Source of the DNA: Candidatus Bathyarchaeia archaeon
GTDB lineage: Archaea; Thermoproteota; Bathyarchaeia; 40CM-2-53-6
NCBI GenBank assembly: GCA_049513715.1
Contig: JBEKVV010000002.1
Coordinates: forward strand, 165,548 to 197,547
Direction: 5' to 3'
DNA length: 32,000 nt
This document shows, piece by piece, positions 31,640 through 32,000 of this stretch. Each line of letters begins with the position of its first letter. Position 1 is the first letter of the stretch. Position numbers and translations under genes: made by a program. Under the pieces are notes generated by a model. That model made no database searches. It worked only from the letters and a program-made list of their open reading frames with translations, and was not told the origin of the DNA.

Positions 31640-32000
31640 TCACTTTGCGGTTCCTTGAACTAGAACCGCATTTACAACGCCATGCTGTCCAGGTCGGGAG
31701 GTGACTACTGCCTGTCCCAATGGCGTTTCAAGAATGGCGCCTTTCGTTATGACGCCCCGTCTTTGGTAGTCAACATTGGCAGGATTCTTCACTACTGAAC
31801 GGATTTCAGTTTTTTGGCTCTTTCCGGTTGCTGGGTCGGTGACGTTCGCATAATTCATGGCCAAAGTGCGCAGCTTCGGCGTTCCTCCGCGGCCACGGTT
31901 CTTCGTAACCCTAGGCTCTCCAACAATAGTTTCAGCAGGGTCGCTGCCCATTTCGAAGGCGCGTTTACCTCTGAAAATGTGCTTCTTACCGCCGGTCTTC
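31640..32000 (-). CDS. rps8e: 30S ribosomal protein S8e (5' end beyond window)
   Basis: The frame stays open upstream of the listed Met to the window edge (..KTGGKKHIFRGKRAFEMGSDPAET..). The C-terminal part reads NPANVDYQRRGVITKGAILET..G.AVVTSRPGQHGVVNAVLV, which is typical of S8e. Confidence 0.85.
   Translation of the reverse strand, partial: KTGGKKHIFRGKRAFEMGSDPAETIVGEPRVTKNRGRGGTPKLRTLAMNYANVTDPATGKSQKTEIRSVVKNPANVDYQRRGVITKGAILETPLGQAVVTSRPGQHGVVNAVLVQGTAK

Noticed and set aside
1-32000. I looked for CRISPR arrays, IS elements, integrases, long direct or terminal inverted repeats, and rRNA genes.
   Set aside because: I saw none. There are no periodic 25-40 nt repeats and no transposase- or integrase-like ORFs. 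The only RNA gene found is the tRNA-Phe. A by-eye scan cannot exclude short or degenerate repeats.

Overview
Archaeal chromosomal window. The assignment rests on gene content (aIF1A, aIF2-beta, Topo VI A/B, ribosomal protein S8e, SRP19, A/V-type ATPase subunit I) and on a tRNA with archaeal-style introns. All calls come from reading the supplied translations and DNA by eye; no searches were run. I found about 37 genes and no CRISPR array, transposase or integrase.

Layout:
- 1-9.4 kb, housekeeping: a divergent FtsZ-like protein (5' partial), a PHP phosphoesterase, metG, the conserved block aIF2beta-DUF424-aIF1A-Rio1-KH(Dim2-like), top6B/top6A, and a wHTH-KaiC-like protein with a dead Walker A.
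- 9.6-12.7 kb: a membrane protein, an LLM/F420-type oxidoreductase and a TrmB regulator.
- 12.9-18.7 kb, a tight minus-strand string: AbrB-PhoU regulator -> ADP-forming acetyl-CoA synthetase alpha -> 4xCBS protein with an HPF/RaiA-like tail -> orphan ATPase subunit I.
- 18.9-27.7 kb: hypBA, then divergent hypC with an uncharacterised HypC-like-tailed protein and an MFS transporter; a ferritin-like gene coupled to a 4-subunit 2-oxoacid:ferredoxin oxidoreductase (order D-A-B-G); a Cys-rich zinc-ribbon ORF; an aminotransferase.
- 27.8-32 kb: a second AbrB-PhoU paralogue, GNAT, tRNA-Phe, a small TM zinc-ribbon protein, moeA, srp19 and rps8e (partial).

Observations most worth a second look:
1. tRNA-Phe(GAA) is split by three introns, two at non-canonical positions.
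2. The CBS-HPF-like fusion sits in an energy-themed operon.
3. The protein after hypC carries a HypC-type GDWISFHWGFA motif, while the HypC itself lacks the usual His.
4. The conserved N-terminus of ACS-alpha lies upstream of any canonical start codon and overlaps the PhoU-like gene.
5. The two AbrB-PhoU paralogues bracket the hyp/OFOR block and share upstream sequence motifs.

Many genes appear to start with TTG or GTG, so several start coordinates are uncertain.
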